Below, piece after piece: positions 46,970 through 59,905 of a stretch of DNA of 64,000 nt. Position numbers and translations under genes: made by a program. Numbering within the stretch: position 1 is the stretch's first letter; each line of letters begins with the position of its first letter. Origin of the DNA: Octopus vulgaris (lineage: Eukaryota); the NCBI GenBank assembly GCA_951406725.2, contig OX597829.1, forward strand, positions 46,934,001-46,998,000, read 5' to 3'. Below the pieces are notes generated by a model. It made no database searches. It had not been told where the DNA came from and saw nothing but the letters and a program-made list of their open reading frames with translations.

Positions 46970-47198
46970 AGAGGAGGTATTGAAAAGTTCCTGGCTTTAA
47001 GGGTACCGCGAAGGGCCTGGTTGAGACACAACCTTCCGAGTTCTTTTACAGGGTTTGGAAAAACTGAAGAGAAACTGAAGGGTCGTTGCAATAAGTGTGT
47101 GAAAATGAAAGAGAAATATTTTGAATAAAACCAATATTAACCGATCCTCCTGTATTTTCTTTTACTAGAAGCCAGGAATTTTTCTGCACTCCCGCCAT
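46970..47198 (+). mobile_element. Mariner-derived MITE
   Basis: TIR GAAAAGTTCCTGGCTTT/AAGCCAGGAATTTTTC; same family as 3841. Confidence 0.75.
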
Positions 47199-47905
47199 AC
47201 GTATCTACATAATATTTTCTTTGTTTTTCGAATTTAGATATATATTTTCCATTTATAAAACGAATATTTCCTTATTACCAGTTCAAATGCTCTTTCTTTA
47301 GTGATATTTTGGTGGTAGATTCTAACTGTAGTTACTATCTCTTGTTTTCTAGTAGGATTTTGCTAATTCATTTAGCATCCAGTTAAAAATATTTTATCTA
47401 TACCTTATTATCAGAACTGCTACATTATTCTTACTTATTAATTATACCTAATTAAGTTTAACTGTATTCATTCCTAATCATTTATTCATTAATTTAAAAA
47501 GAATTATTTTATTTATTCATTTAGTTACTTTTTGTTCTATTTGTGTGTCTTTACTCCCTCATGCTGTTGAAATATTTTCGTCGAAAAGAGATATATTTCT
47601 TTGTGTTTTTTGGTGTTTTTTCTAACACTGTAGGTCTATGAATGGTATAATATCAGGATGAATACTGCAATGCACTTGGCATACACTGATGTATCTGTCT
47701 TAAGTATGATACGCAGATTGCTCATATCTGAGTTTTTGTGAGCCTCTGATATAATTCTTTCTTATACACACACAAACATATACATGTTTGTATGCATGCA
47801 TGCCCGTATATATGTATGTATATATATTCAAAATGTGACCGCGTGTGTATTGTTGGCGATTTTTTTCCCTCCGTCTTCCCTTACTTGGATCTTTCCTTTT
47901 CTTAT

Positions 47906-47940
47906 GTTTCTGACGAAGAGCTCCGCTCGAAACGTTAGAT
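47906..47940 (+). ncRNA. Minimal hammerhead ribozyme motif in PLE-type fragment (47826-48048)
   Basis: GTTT CTGACGA A GAGC tcc GCTC GAAA CGTT AGAT; stem I weak. Confidence 0.7.
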
Positions 47941-48045
47941 CCTCCTTCTTTCCTTCTTTCCTGAACGTCCAATAATACTATACTTGTTCCACGTCCTCGC
48001 GTTGTTGTGTTTTCTCTTTGTGTATTCATGTTTAGATTAACTATG

Positions 48046-48088
<43 letters not shown>

Positions 48089-48171
48089 ATAAACGCACAT
48101 ATATACATACATGCATACATATATTAGAGGAAATGGACATCAAAACCAAGGCAAGACGATTATCTCAACTC

Positions 48172-48248
48172 ATTTATTAGCTGTTTCTGGGATATCCCTA
48201 ATGGTAGGCTAGCATGTCTGTACACTGGGTATTACGTCATCAGAGACA
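48172..48248 (-). ncRNA. Degenerate HHR motif
   Basis: Minus: CTGATGA ... GGGATATCCCA GAAA CAGCT; related 3' half GAAACAGCTGTC at 49034-49023. Confidence 0.4.
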
Positions 48249-48340
48249 AAAGGAGTATGTATGAAAGTACTAGACAGGAAAATTCACAGTTTATAAAGAA
48301 TAAAGAGCACTCACACATTTATTGGGAGTTGCATGTATTT

Positions 48341-48501
48341 TTCAAAATAATTTTATTCGGATTCCGTGCTACTTCAAGTTTCGAAGCCCCTAACGGAGCC
48401 TTTCTTGTCAGGATGGTAAGAATCCGAATTTGGATTCTTACCAGCCTGACGAGGGCTTTGAAACTTGAAGTAGCACGGAATCCGGATCAAACTGTTTTGA
48501 A
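48341..48501. ncRNA. ~160 bp palindrome made of two head-to-head HHR motifs
   Basis: Plus arm CTGACGA gggcttt GAAA CTTGAAG TA; minus arm CTGACAA GAAAGGCTCC gtta GGGGCTTC GAAA CTTGAAG TA; centre ~48428. Confidence 0.7.
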
Positions 48502-48538
48502 TAATGTGTGTGTATGTTTGCGTGTGTGTGTGTGTGTA

Positions 48539-48571
<33 letters not shown>

Positions 48572-49401
48572 GTGTGTGTGTGTGTGTGTGCGCTTATAAA
48601 AACGTAGAGGTGTCGAATGGATTGGCATTTTACAGAAAATTAAGTAAATTTCGAGCAGCCTAGAAAATTGAGCAAATACTACTAGACAATGGTAAAAAAA
48701 AAAAAACTACAGAGAATCTTCAGAGAATCGAAATCTGTACGACAAGGATACCAGCTGCGTGCGACTTTCTGCTGGCAACTTTTTCCCACCTTCTAGTGTT
48801 GTTTACCCAATTTTTTAGGCTGTTTTCACAGCTATTCCGCGTCGGATATATATATGGCGGTGCCCCAGCATGGTCACAGCTCATTAGCTGAAACTAGAAA
48901 AATCAAAAATCAAAAATCAAATATATATATCAGGAAAACAGAAAACGCAGATATAATTGATGACTGATAATTGATAAACATCAATTATCATTTATTGGAT
49001 ATAAAAAGACAAAATCTCATCTGACAGCTGTTTCTGTTGGCGCTATTCTCAGGCTTAACTACTACAATAATAATGATTATTATCGTTGTAAGTAATTAAT
49101 TATTTAATTCCGTACACTAGGTTTTAATTTTTTATTTTCTCTTTTTCTTTCTTCTCTTCAAAATAAAAGGTCATGTTCTCTATTTCGTTTCTACAAGATT
49201 TTACGGTCCCCTCGTCGTGCTGTCTTAAATAATGACAGGAAAAAAACTGGTAATAAAAAAGAAGTTAACTAAAAAAAAGAAAATTAATTATACCAATTTA
49301 AATAGTAGAACTTCATCAAAGCGGAAAATAAAAAAAATCAGAAAAAGAAAAAGAAAACGAGAAAGTAAGGATATATCAATTCATGATACATGCTATCCCT
49401 C

Positions 49402-49455
<54 letters not shown>

Positions 49456-49511
49456 AGATACATACATACATACATACATGCATACATACATACACACATG
49501 TATATATATAC

Positions 49512-49553
<42 letters not shown>

Positions 49554-49761
49554 GCATGTATATACATATATACAAGCAAACGTTTGTATACAGGTTTTTT
49601 TGCACATATGTGTAATTACAAGCCCACATATACATAAATATACACAGACGCAGACACAAACATATATGTATATACATGTATATACGTACATATATATGTA
49701 TGTATTTATATACATTTACGTATATACACGTATATACATTCACATATATATCTATAAACAC

Positions 49762-49806
<45 letters not shown>

Positions 49807-50071
49807 AAAATTGAGGGAGATAAATTAATATTAATTTTAATATCAATTTAAAACCAGTAGTCCAGCATTCAAAAAATCTGAGGAGTCAGAGAAAATTCAA
49901 ATATATGTGTATATTGGCAGGGCTGGCCTGCTAGGTAGCCGGCCAGAATGCTAGAAGAAGATCATCAACGATCAAACTACAAGGGAAATTCTCTAGAGGA
50001 AGAATTCAGCGAACACCAGAACCAACTTTGGCGGGCAGGACATATGAAAAATTAAATAAATAACAGACTTA

Positions 50072-50147
50072 AATGCATACCTCGGTTTCGGTCTTAACAA
50101 AAGAATTACTTGCATAATTCAAGTGTCCGTGACTTCTTCAGTACATT
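50072..50147 (-). ncRNA. HHR motif in PLE-type element (49805-50270)
   Basis: Minus: AATGTA CTGAAGA AGTC...GACC GAA ACC ga GGT A TGCATT; stem I 6 bp, site GUA. Confidence 0.65.
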
Positions 50148-50417
50148 CGGTCCTCGTGATGCAAACCGCAAGACTAACCCCAGCTCTCTGTGTCAAGACA
50201 GACACGTGCTTAGTCTTACTGATTACATCGGGAATAAAATTTCAAACGTCTTGGTTCTGGCGCGCTGAGAGACTATATATAACGGGAAGCTTTATGAAAA
50301 TAGACAAAAGACGAAGGCAGGGTTACGGAAATAAACAAATACATATATATGTGTATATAAACCACCACTTACACGGACAGAGGAAAATACATCCAATACA
50401 TACAGTCAAAACATAAA

Positions 50418-50450
<33 letters not shown>

Positions 50451-50732
50451 GATGCACCTAGACGGTTGAAGGGTAAGTAGTGAAAAACAAAAAAGATGCC
50501 TACATAATTGACACTTTAAGGGAAGATAATAATGATAATAATAATAAATGCATATACAGAGGAGACCCCATTCGGCCACGACACAGACCATGGGATTGCA
50601 CCTAGAAAGTTCCCCTCCGAGACACAAGTCCAGGCAAGGTGGTTTCGATTTTTTTTTTGTCTTTTGGTGAGGCATTAGAAATTTTGGTAATTAATTTTCA
50701 TGTATTCAATGTTTGCAATAGATATTTTGGTA

Positions 50733-51133
50733 AGTGGTAAGTAGCTTGTTTACCAACCACATGGTTCCGGGTTCAGTCCCACTGCGTGGCATCTTGGGCA
50801 AGTATCTTCTACTATAGCATCGGGCCGACCAAAGCCTTGTGAGTGGATTTGGTAGACGGAAACTGAAAGAAGCCCGTCGTATATATGTATATATATATAT
50901 GTGCGTGTGTGTGTTTGTGTGTCTGTGTTTGTCCCACTAGCATTGCTTGACAACCGATGCTGGTGTGTTTACGTCCCCGTTACTTAGCGATTCGGCAAAA
51001 GAGACCGATTGAATAAGTACTGGGCTTACAAAAGAATAAGTCCCGGGGTCGAGTTGCTCGATTAAAGGTGGTGCTCCAGCATGGCCGCAGTCAAATGACT
51101 GAAACAAGTAAAAGAGTAAAAGAGTAAAAGAGT
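50733..51133 (+). mobile_element. SINE group A
   Basis: Body plus (GAGTAAAA)n tail. Confidence 0.9.
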
Positions 51134-51746
51134 ATACATCAATTTGTCTAGTGACGATGTAAAAGTATTGCCTATGGTTGTTTTTCTTTCAACTTGAGTT
51201 CGTCACATACAAAATATGGTTGATTATGTCCGATAGCATTTCTATCCAAGTTCAGTTACTTTTCGTTTGTTCAATCTGTATGGCGTATGAGCTGTTTATT
51301 GTGTTGTAATAGTTTTGTCACAAATTTTCAGATGCTGCATATATTTTTAAAATATTCCTCTCCAATATTCTTCAACTTATATTGCTATTGGCGCCGCATT
51401 GATTTCTGCTTAGTTATTTTCAAGTTTTTAAGTTTTTAATAACATTGCCATTAGGTCGGATTCTGATTATTTTATTCAAATGATTAATGCATTTTTTTTT
51501 TCTATTACAACAGATTTGGGGGCGGGGATGTTTTGTTTTTGCTGATTTTTTTGATATTTTTTTCTTTTTGAAACTTAACGGTGTTCTCTTTTCTCAGACC
51601 TTTCAAATTCGAATTTTGTGTCGTGTTTTTGTAATTATTCTCTCTCTCTTTCTCTCTCTCACTTTCTCTCTCTCTCTCTCTCCCTCTCTCTCTCTTCCTA
51701 TGAACCCGAGACCGTATTATTCGAAAGTTATGTCTTTGCTGTTAAT

Positions 51747-52143
51747 AGGAGTGGCTGTGTGATAAGTAGCGTGCTTAAAACCACATGGTTCTGGGTTCAG
51801 TCCCACTGCGTGGCATCTTGGGCAAGTGTCTTCTGCTATAGCTCCGGGCCGACCAATGCTTTGTGAGTGGATTTGGTAGACGGAAACTGAAACAAGCCTG
51901 TCGTATATATGTATACATATATAGGTGTGTGTATATGTTTGTGTGTCTGTGTTTGTCCCCCTAGCATTGCTTGACAACCGATGCTGGTGTGTTTATGTAC
52001 CCGTCACTTAGCGGTTCGGCAAAAGAGACCGATAGAATAAGTACTGGGCTTACAAAGAATAAGTCCCGGGGTCGATTTACTCGACTAAAGGCGATGCTCC
52101 AGCATGGCCGCAGTCAAATGACTGAAACAAGTAAAAGAGTAAA
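51747..52143 (+). mobile_element. SINE group A
   Basis: Head to tail. Confidence 0.9.
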
Positions 52144-52247
52144 AAATGAAATTTCGAATGTATATTCAATCTTTCCTTCTATGTTTCTTTTCCGCCTTGC
52201 TTACATACGTTTTGATCCTCCTATATGAGAAGATGTGAGGTAGTATA

Positions 52248-53153
52248 CTGGGTGCGATGGGTAAATTGTCGCCATTATATATTTTCGATTTCACGCATGC
52301 GCACTGTTTTTGATTTCGTCGACTGCACAGCATAGTTGTGTCAGTTGGACACTGTTTGTGAGAAAAACAGCACCAGGATGCAATTCACTCTTCCAGAAAC
52401 TTGGAAACGGCATGCTGTACTGCTTGGCATTCACGCCAGAAGCTCCAATACGAACATTTCAGAGTGTTTGGATGGCATTCGCTCCGGAAGCTCTAATACG
52501 AACAGATGGTGAACACAGAGAACAACCGTTGACTTGCCATGTCCCCAAAACATGGTACTGAAATTAACAAAAATCAAACATCATAGTGTTTGGAGTGATC
52601 ACTAGTGATGGCGACTTTATGCCTCCATTCATCTTTCCACACGGAGGCCTACATCAAGTGACTGGAGGAGGTAGCGCTGCCTTGGATCAAGAGGGTGCAT
52701 GCAGGAAGACGCTATGTCCGGCAACAGGACTCTGCACCATGCCACACAAGCAGGAGAAACCAATCATGGCCGTCAGACAATTTCTGCGACCACATCACCC
52801 CTAACATCTGGCTACCTATCTTCCCAAACTTCAACCCCCTTGATTATAATGAGTGGGGCACAGTTGAATGAAAGACTAAAAAAACTCCTTGTAACACCAA
52901 AGATGAGCTGAAGGCAAGAATTATGGCAACATTCACCAACTTAAACAAGTAGACCATCCAGAAGAATTGCAAGAGATTCTGAAGTCGTCTGGACGCCATG
53001 GTTGAAGCCAATGGCAATTTTATTGAATACATTTACTCTTTGATATTTCAAGATATTTCAATGTAATTTTGGTAAATATACCTGTTAACATGAGACGTCA
53101 GTGTTATTTTAAATTTTGCGTAAATTAGACGACAATTTATTCTCCGCACCCTG
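52248..53153 (+). mobile_element. Internally deleted DD37D (maT) Tc1/mariner transposon
   Basis: TIRs CTGGGTGCGATGGGTAAATTGTCG / CGACAATTTATTCTCCGCACCCTG with TA flanks; QQDSAPCHT...WLPIFPNFNPLDY with 37 residues between the two Ds; stops present. Confidence 0.88.
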
Positions 53154-54066
53154 TATATATCTTTCTAACTTTTGTGGCTGCCACATGTATTATTCTTTGA
53201 ACATTCTAAGGTTATTGATATTTGAATCTGTTTCCATTGAGTTTATAATGGCTAGATTTGTATGTTTTATTGTTATTGCTATTGCATCATTAAGTTTTTG
53301 TCTTCGGGTTTGATTTTCGTTAGTCGATACAAAGATGTATCGATTTTTAACTGTTTAAATGTTCCTGGCATTAGATTAATTTCATAATTAAAATTTCTAT
53401 TTATAGAGTTTCATATTCTGAAATCTTAGTTCTATTCTTAAAACAAAGAGGGGAGGTACACATACATACATACACAAATACACATACACACATACATTTA
53501 CGGTTGAAGTTTCAATCATGCAAAATTGTCGTTTAAATTGAATAATACACTTCAGTTTTAAAATATGTATTTTCCTCTGACACATCACCTTATCTTATGT
53601 CTAATACGACTACATTTCTCATATTTGCTATGACGTACATGTTAATTTATAAGCTAATTTCCGAAGTTTTGCGACTGTTCTAGTCTCGTTATATTTTTCT
53701 CTTTGTCAGACGGGATATCTTAATATGATGCATAGTTTGTAGTGCATTCTCTTTGTGTGTGTGTACCTGCGTGTATGTGTGTAATAGTTATGTATATATA
53801 AATATATAGATATCAGAACAACAAGAGCATAGTGAACTTGCCGTGAGGAGTTAAAAACCCGATATTTCACACAAAATTCTTGATCGAGGGAAAAGTTTAA
53901 AGGAGAAAAATAATTAATGAGATACAGTAGAGGCTTATATCTCATGATGTAGAAAAATTGGCTGCAACGGATGAGGAACGAGAAAACAAAAGATCTCTAT
54001 AACTGAACAAGAAGCGGGAGGAGAAAAAAATGTAAGAAGGTAGAATAGAATTGTAATGTAATGAGG

Positions 54067-54454
54067 GTGGAGGCGCAATGGCCCAGTGGTTAGGGCAGCG
54101 GACTCGCGGTCGTAGGATCGTGGTTTCGATTCCCAGACCGGGCGTTGTGAGTGTTTATTAAGCGAAAACACCTAAAGCTCCACGAGCCTCCGGCAGGGGA
54201 TGGTGGTGATCCCTGTTGTACTCTTTCACCACCACTTTCTCTCACTCTTACTTCCTGTTTCTGTTGTACCTGTATTTCAAAGGGCCGGCCTTGTCACTCT
54301 CTGTGTCACGCTGAATATCCCCGAGAACTACGTTCAGGGTACACGTGTCTGTGGAGTGCTCAGCCACTTACACGTTAATTTCACGAGCAGGCTGTTCCAT
54401 TGATCGCATCAACCGGAACCCTCGTCGTCGTAACCGACGGAGTGCTTCCATTCC
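54067..54454 (+). mobile_element. SINE group B with TSD
   Basis: TSD AATGTAATGAGG at 54055-54066 and 54455-54466. Confidence 0.92.
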
Positions 54455-54483
54455 AATGTAATGAGGAAAAGCGGGCAATGTCG

Positions 54484-55675
54484 TTAGTGAGGTGAAGGGG
54501 GAAACGAGGAGAGATGATGCTTGAAAGATAAGAAAGGGCTTAAGAAGAAAAACACTCCATTTAAACCTGTCGGTGATATGGTGCCGGGTTTACATGTAAA
54601 GCGTTGTTCCCTCCGTTTCGTTAAGAATGTGGAAACATGGTGCGCAGTAATACACGTTGATAAGTGAGTCATGGAATGGCCTATGGTATTACAGTGGGCA
54701 GTCACAGATTGGTTGGATATACGTAGCAGTATACTTTGAATATGCTCCCGAAAGCGATTAACAAGTTGTCGACTTATTTCCTCAATGTAAAGGGCGCCCC
54801 ATAGTTTGCATATGATGCAATATGTAAGGTTAGACAATATATTATACAAGTTCTGGGCAATATCATGTTGTGTCTTATGCCCAGTGATGGTTGTATTGTA
54901 AATGTTGGGGTAGGTGTAGGATCGGTGATGATCGTATTTAAAAGTACCTCGTTGTGTGGAGCTCGATGCTGCAGAACTTCGCTCTTGGAGATTACCGAAG
55001 ATATTATTATCTTCTTTAAAAATTGATGTGAGGTAGTTCGGGCAAGACTGGAGAGGTTATGTTGTTGAAATTAGAATATGGAAGTTTCAGATGAGTTTAT
55101 CATTCAATAGGAAGACGACGAGTTAAGAAGACGAGAGAAAAAGTGAGAGTGGATGTGCATAAAAACTGTAGGAAAACAATGGCACGGATGATTGCCTGGG
55201 CCTGGCAGATTGCCAGGTCCAAGAGTAATCCGGTGTACTCTCGATTCAGGAAGAATTGTCAGGTTCTTTAGCATTGGATTCAAGATCTGAATCAATGCTT
55301 CAGAGAAGGATAAGGTGAAGGAATTGAAAGTTATGGAAGATTTAATTTGTGGGGGGTGAGAATAAAAGCAGAGTGGGACTCAGTGGGTTTGTAGTGGACA
55401 GAGGTGGCAATATAGATACTATTTATTGTGATGGAGATAACTAGATCCCTAACAGAACTATCGGATACCATGGAGATAAATTCCAAGATAGGAAGAAAGG
55501 CATCAACGAAAGAGATCAAGTTGTTGAGCTGTTATCTGGTAACGGTGATGGCGCCGACAATGTCGTCGAAATAACGACCATATTGTTCTGGTATGGGTCT
55601 ACTGAGCAAATATTAGCTCTTCAATATGGCCTACAAATAATATGGCATAACTGGGGACCATTCTAGTTCTATGTT
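54484..55675 (-). pseudogene. Degenerate Penelope-like element (RT 3' half + GIY-YIG)
   Basis: TRMVPSYAILFVGHIE...GRYFDDIVG...SVHYKPTESHS, then NLTYCIICKLWGALYIEE..RQLVNRFREH...RREQ...PTGLN. Confidence 0.85.
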
Positions 55676-55857
55676 TATAAATTTCCCCAGAGAAGGAAAT
55701 TTCTCCTCATTCCATTATTCTTTCCTTCTTCAATTTTAAAATAGTTGAAGCTCACGTGAATCTGCGATCCTTATCAGTTGCAGCCAGTTTTTTTTTTAAA
55801 GTTTGAGGATCTAAAATTCTGCTGTGCCTCATTAATTTCTCTCCTTTCAACTTTTCA

Positions 55858-55889
55858 CCCTGAAGAAAGATTGTGTTCGAAACGTTGGA
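55858..55889 (+). ncRNA. Degenerate minimal HHR motif
   Basis: CC CTGAAGA AAGAttgtgTTC GAAA CGTT GG; downstream flank resembles the 47940-47990 flank. Confidence 0.45.
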
Positions 55890-56644
55890 TTTTTTCATTC
55901 CTCAAGACAAGTTAACTGTACTTTGTTTTTTTAGCGATTTCGCTACATAATATCTTGCGCAAGCAGAAGAACGACAACCTCATTGAAGTCCGTTCGATTT
56001 AATAAAAGTGGAATTGAATTTTATATGTTCTCTGCTCTGACATTGTTCTTGCTGCCTTACCTAAAAGTTTGGTATGAGAATTGTTTCGGTATTCGATGTA
56101 GAACAAGAATTACGTACATGACGTAAATAGTATCGATTTCCTGCACAAAGTCAATACTGTTGATTCCAAATTGATAGATACATCTGATAGAGACTTTTGT
56201 TATTGTTTTGGTTGTTATTCACCTCTCCTTCACACCATCACCATCAGTTCTATCCTGATTGAGGAGACCTATGATCAAAGGCATTCTGTTATGATAATCC
56301 CTAATATTCTGGAACATAACAGACTAAATTACCTAATGGCATTCCCTTTCTTAAGAGAGTAGGGTGTGATTTGAAAATAGTTAGACTGATATTTCAAGCA
56401 GATCAGGTATCCACATAGAGACTCCCTGTCGTCTATGGCAGTTGTTGTTTAATTCTAGGTCACTCCTGACCCAGCAGATCTAAGATCGAAGGCACCTCAG
56501 TTATGACTAGCCCACCTTTTTCTCAATATCTAGAAGAACATTATTTAATGCTTGAGTTGATGTAGGATTGGTTGTTGTTTCTAGCAGGCTGTAGAGGTAG
56601 TCTAGTCAGTAATCGCAGTAATTCGTAGAAGTAAATAAGTATTT

Positions 56645-57028
56645 GTGGAGGCGCAATGGCCTAGTGGTTAGGGCAGCGGACTCGCGGTCGTAGGATCGCG
56701 GTTTCGATTCCCAGACCGGGTGTTGTGAGTGTTTATTGAGCGAAAACACCTAAAGCTCCACGAGGCTCCGGCAGGGGATGGTGGTGATCCCTGCTGTACT
56801 CTTTCACCACAACTTTCTCTCACTCTTACTTCCTGTTTCTGTTGTACCTGTATTTCAAAGGGCCGGCCTTGTCACTCTCTGTGTCACGCTGAATATCCCC
56901 GAGAACTACGTTAAGGGTACACGTGTCTGTGGAGTGCTCAGCCACTTACACGTTAATTTCATGAGCAGGCTGTTCCGTTGACTCGGATCAACCGGAACCC
57001 TTGTCGTTGTAATCGACGGAGTGCTTCC
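56645..57028 (+). mobile_element. SINE group B with TSD
   Basis: TSD AAATAAGTATTT at 56633-56644 and 57029-57040. Confidence 0.92.
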
Positions 57029-57634
57029 AAATAAGTATTTATGGATTTATGCATCCATCCACTTGTTTCTTTTGTCTAATAAATACAAGAGCTAACCCCC
57101 TGAAGATATCAAAAGCTTATAGTAGAATCCAAAAAATATTATTTTTACTTTCTTCTGTTCTGTACAAATCTACAACTATTAATTTCCTTTCTAGTGGTTT
57201 ATGAACATGCAATTCATAGCGTAGCCACGAAATGTTCACCTGTCGTTGCCAAATATTTAATATTTAATATTTATTCTTGTAATCGGTAGAGCTTGAAGCT
57301 TGGATGTTTGCAACAGATTTCTGTGTAGCTGTAGGATAGTCCTTTAGCTAAATATTTTTGTAGTGTTGCATGATGTTGTGTATATCTGCTTTTTTTTAAT
57401 ACAAGATTCTGTAAATGTGTAAGTATGGTGAAAATGTATACGTAATAATGTGACTTCTTGGTGTGCTATTTTAAAATCAGATAAACGGTCTTTATACGTA
57501 AAAATTTGCTACTCTCGTGTTTCATTTCGAGTGCTTTGCGTTGTTTGTGCATAACGCAGAAATTCACTTACATCGAAAATATTACACTGTAAAACAAATG
57601 GTACCTAGCACAATTATTTTTACACCCATCGCCT

Positions 57635-57868
57635 TATTTCTTTACTACCCACAAGGGGCTAAACATAGAGGGGACAAACAAGGACAGACAAACGGATTAA
57701 GTCGATTACATCGACCCCCAGTGCGTAACTGGTACTTAATTTATCGACCCCGAAAGGATGAAAGGCAAAGTCAACCTCGGCGGAATTTGAACTCAGAACG
57801 TAACGGCAGACGAAATACGGCTACGCATTTCGCCCGGCGTGCTAACGATTCTGCCAGCTCGCCGCCCT
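57635..57868 (-). mobile_element. SINE group C, full length
   Basis: Matches 18661-18892. Confidence 0.85.
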
Positions 57869-58259
57869 ATCACCTGACTAATGAACATACGTGACAACTG
57901 TATGGACATTCAAGCATTCTGTGTCGTAACGATAGATTTCATAAACATTTGAGCGTAGCTCTGGAAATAAACCTCATCACAGTTTTCTCGACAATTGCGA
58001 AGAAATATTAAATCGAGTAAAGACAAGTTTAGATCGTAGAACAAAGCCCAGCACCGCAACATGGCTGCTGTTCAAAGTCCGGTCAGTTACAGCGTCTTCT
58101 TCAGGGATTGGATTGCTATAATTTACCATGGTACCTGTTTGTCGGTCAAACTAAGTGGCCACATTTCAGGATCATTTCACGCCTCGCGCTCGGTCGTCAA
58201 AAATTTCTCCATCACATCTTTCCCGTACGTTTCGGCACTGGACCCTACTGTTGGATAGA

Positions 58260-58692
58260 TACTCTTTTACTCTCTTTAACTCTTTTACTTGTTTCAGTCA
58301 TTTGACTGCGGCCATGCTGGAGCACCGCTTTAAATCGAGCAACTCGACCCCGGGACTTATACTTTTTTGTAAGCCCAGTACTTATTCTATCGGTCTCTTT
58401 TGCCGAACCGCTAAGTGACGGGTACATAAACACACCAGCATCGGCTGTCAAGCGATGTTGGGGGGACAAACACAGACATACAAACTCACACACACACACA
58501 TATATATATATTTATATATATATATATACATATATGCGACGGGCTTCTTTCAGTTTCCGTCTACCAAATCCACTCACAAGGCTTTGGTCGGCCCGAGGCT
58601 ATAGTAGAAGACACTTGCCCAAGGTACCACGCAATGGTACTGAACACGGAACTATGTGGTTAGTAAACAAGCTACTTACCACACAGCCACTC
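58260..58692 (-). mobile_element. SINE group A
   Basis: Same blocks as 2115-2557. Confidence 0.9.
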
Positions 58693-59189
58693 TTGTGGCT
58701 AGTTGAAGTCTTTATCCCATCAACTGGAGCAAAGAAAATCTGTATCTGCTTTTGCGGTTACTTCTATTGCTGCACCCAAAGTCTGGTTAAAATTCTCAAA
58801 CTCTGGTTTGAACCAGCCTTTCAAGAATAGAAGAATTATATATAGGTCGCGAGCATGGTTATCAGTTTCATTCAGGTGAGCTGAAATTTTCTCTGAATGT
58901 TTTAAATGGAAGTGACTTATGGGTACATCGTTCGTTGGTATATAATAACATCTGAAATTAACATAGTATATCTTGCCCTATGAAAAATCTGGCCTGATGG
59001 GAACGTATGTTTTTCGCTTTTCCTTTCTCTTATTATTATTTCTTTTTCTTTTTCTTTTTTTTTTGAAGATACGGGTTCCTCTAGTCAGAAGAACCGTAAA
59101 CTAAACATCTACTGCGTAGGGGCTTACACTGCTGTCATTAATGGTGCACGGTACGTGTTTAGGCCAACCCACCAGGAAGTATCCCGAAA

Positions 59190-59690
59190 TCATCGCAATA
59201 ATAATCACAGTGAACAGGTGAAAAACACTTTTCGATTGACACATTTCCTTGACGGTTGTCGCTCTTGAACAAGTTTCAGTCCTGGATCAAGTGCTGCAAT
59301 TTTGCTCGATGACTACTCAGCTAGCACCCGAATAACACGGTTTTGGTATGAACATGAACCTTTGTTCCATGTTCGTACCATTTCACCCCAACCCCGCCTT
59401 TCCCAATCCAAACCTATTACATAGTTCCCAATAAGTCGTTTCTGGCGATATCGTCGTGTCTCCTTTTGTAATTCTCTCCGAACCAATTTACTAAATTCGG
59501 TCAAAATATTCCACATTGTGTTTCCAGTTTCGCCGCACATTCTGCATTTGACAGATTCTGAATCGTAGTCAGTTCTGTACTTTCTTCTGAACGCTTATTT
59601 CTGCGCTGCACATATCGGGCTTCTCTTTCAGGATTCAGGTCACGATTTTGTTTTTATATAAACCATATTCATCTTTTATCTAAATTCTAT
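59190..59690 (-). pseudogene. Degenerate R4/Dong zinc-knuckle region
   Basis: ICAAQ...KCRMCGETGNTMWNILTEFSKL / YKRRHDDIAR across frameshifts. Confidence 0.7.
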
Positions 59691-59743
59691 GTTCTTTGGA
59701 ATCTCTCTCTCTCGAAGTTCCTGAGCATTTCTTATCTTTCCCG

Positions 59744-59763
59744 AGTAGTAGTAGTATTAGTAT

Positions 59764-59794
<31 letters not shown>

Positions 59795-59871
59795 GGTGGT
59801 GGTGGTGGTGGTGGTAGTAGTAGTAGTAGTAGTTTTAGTAGTAGTGGTAGTTGTAGTAGTAGTAGTAGTTT

Positions 59872-59905
<34 letters not shown>

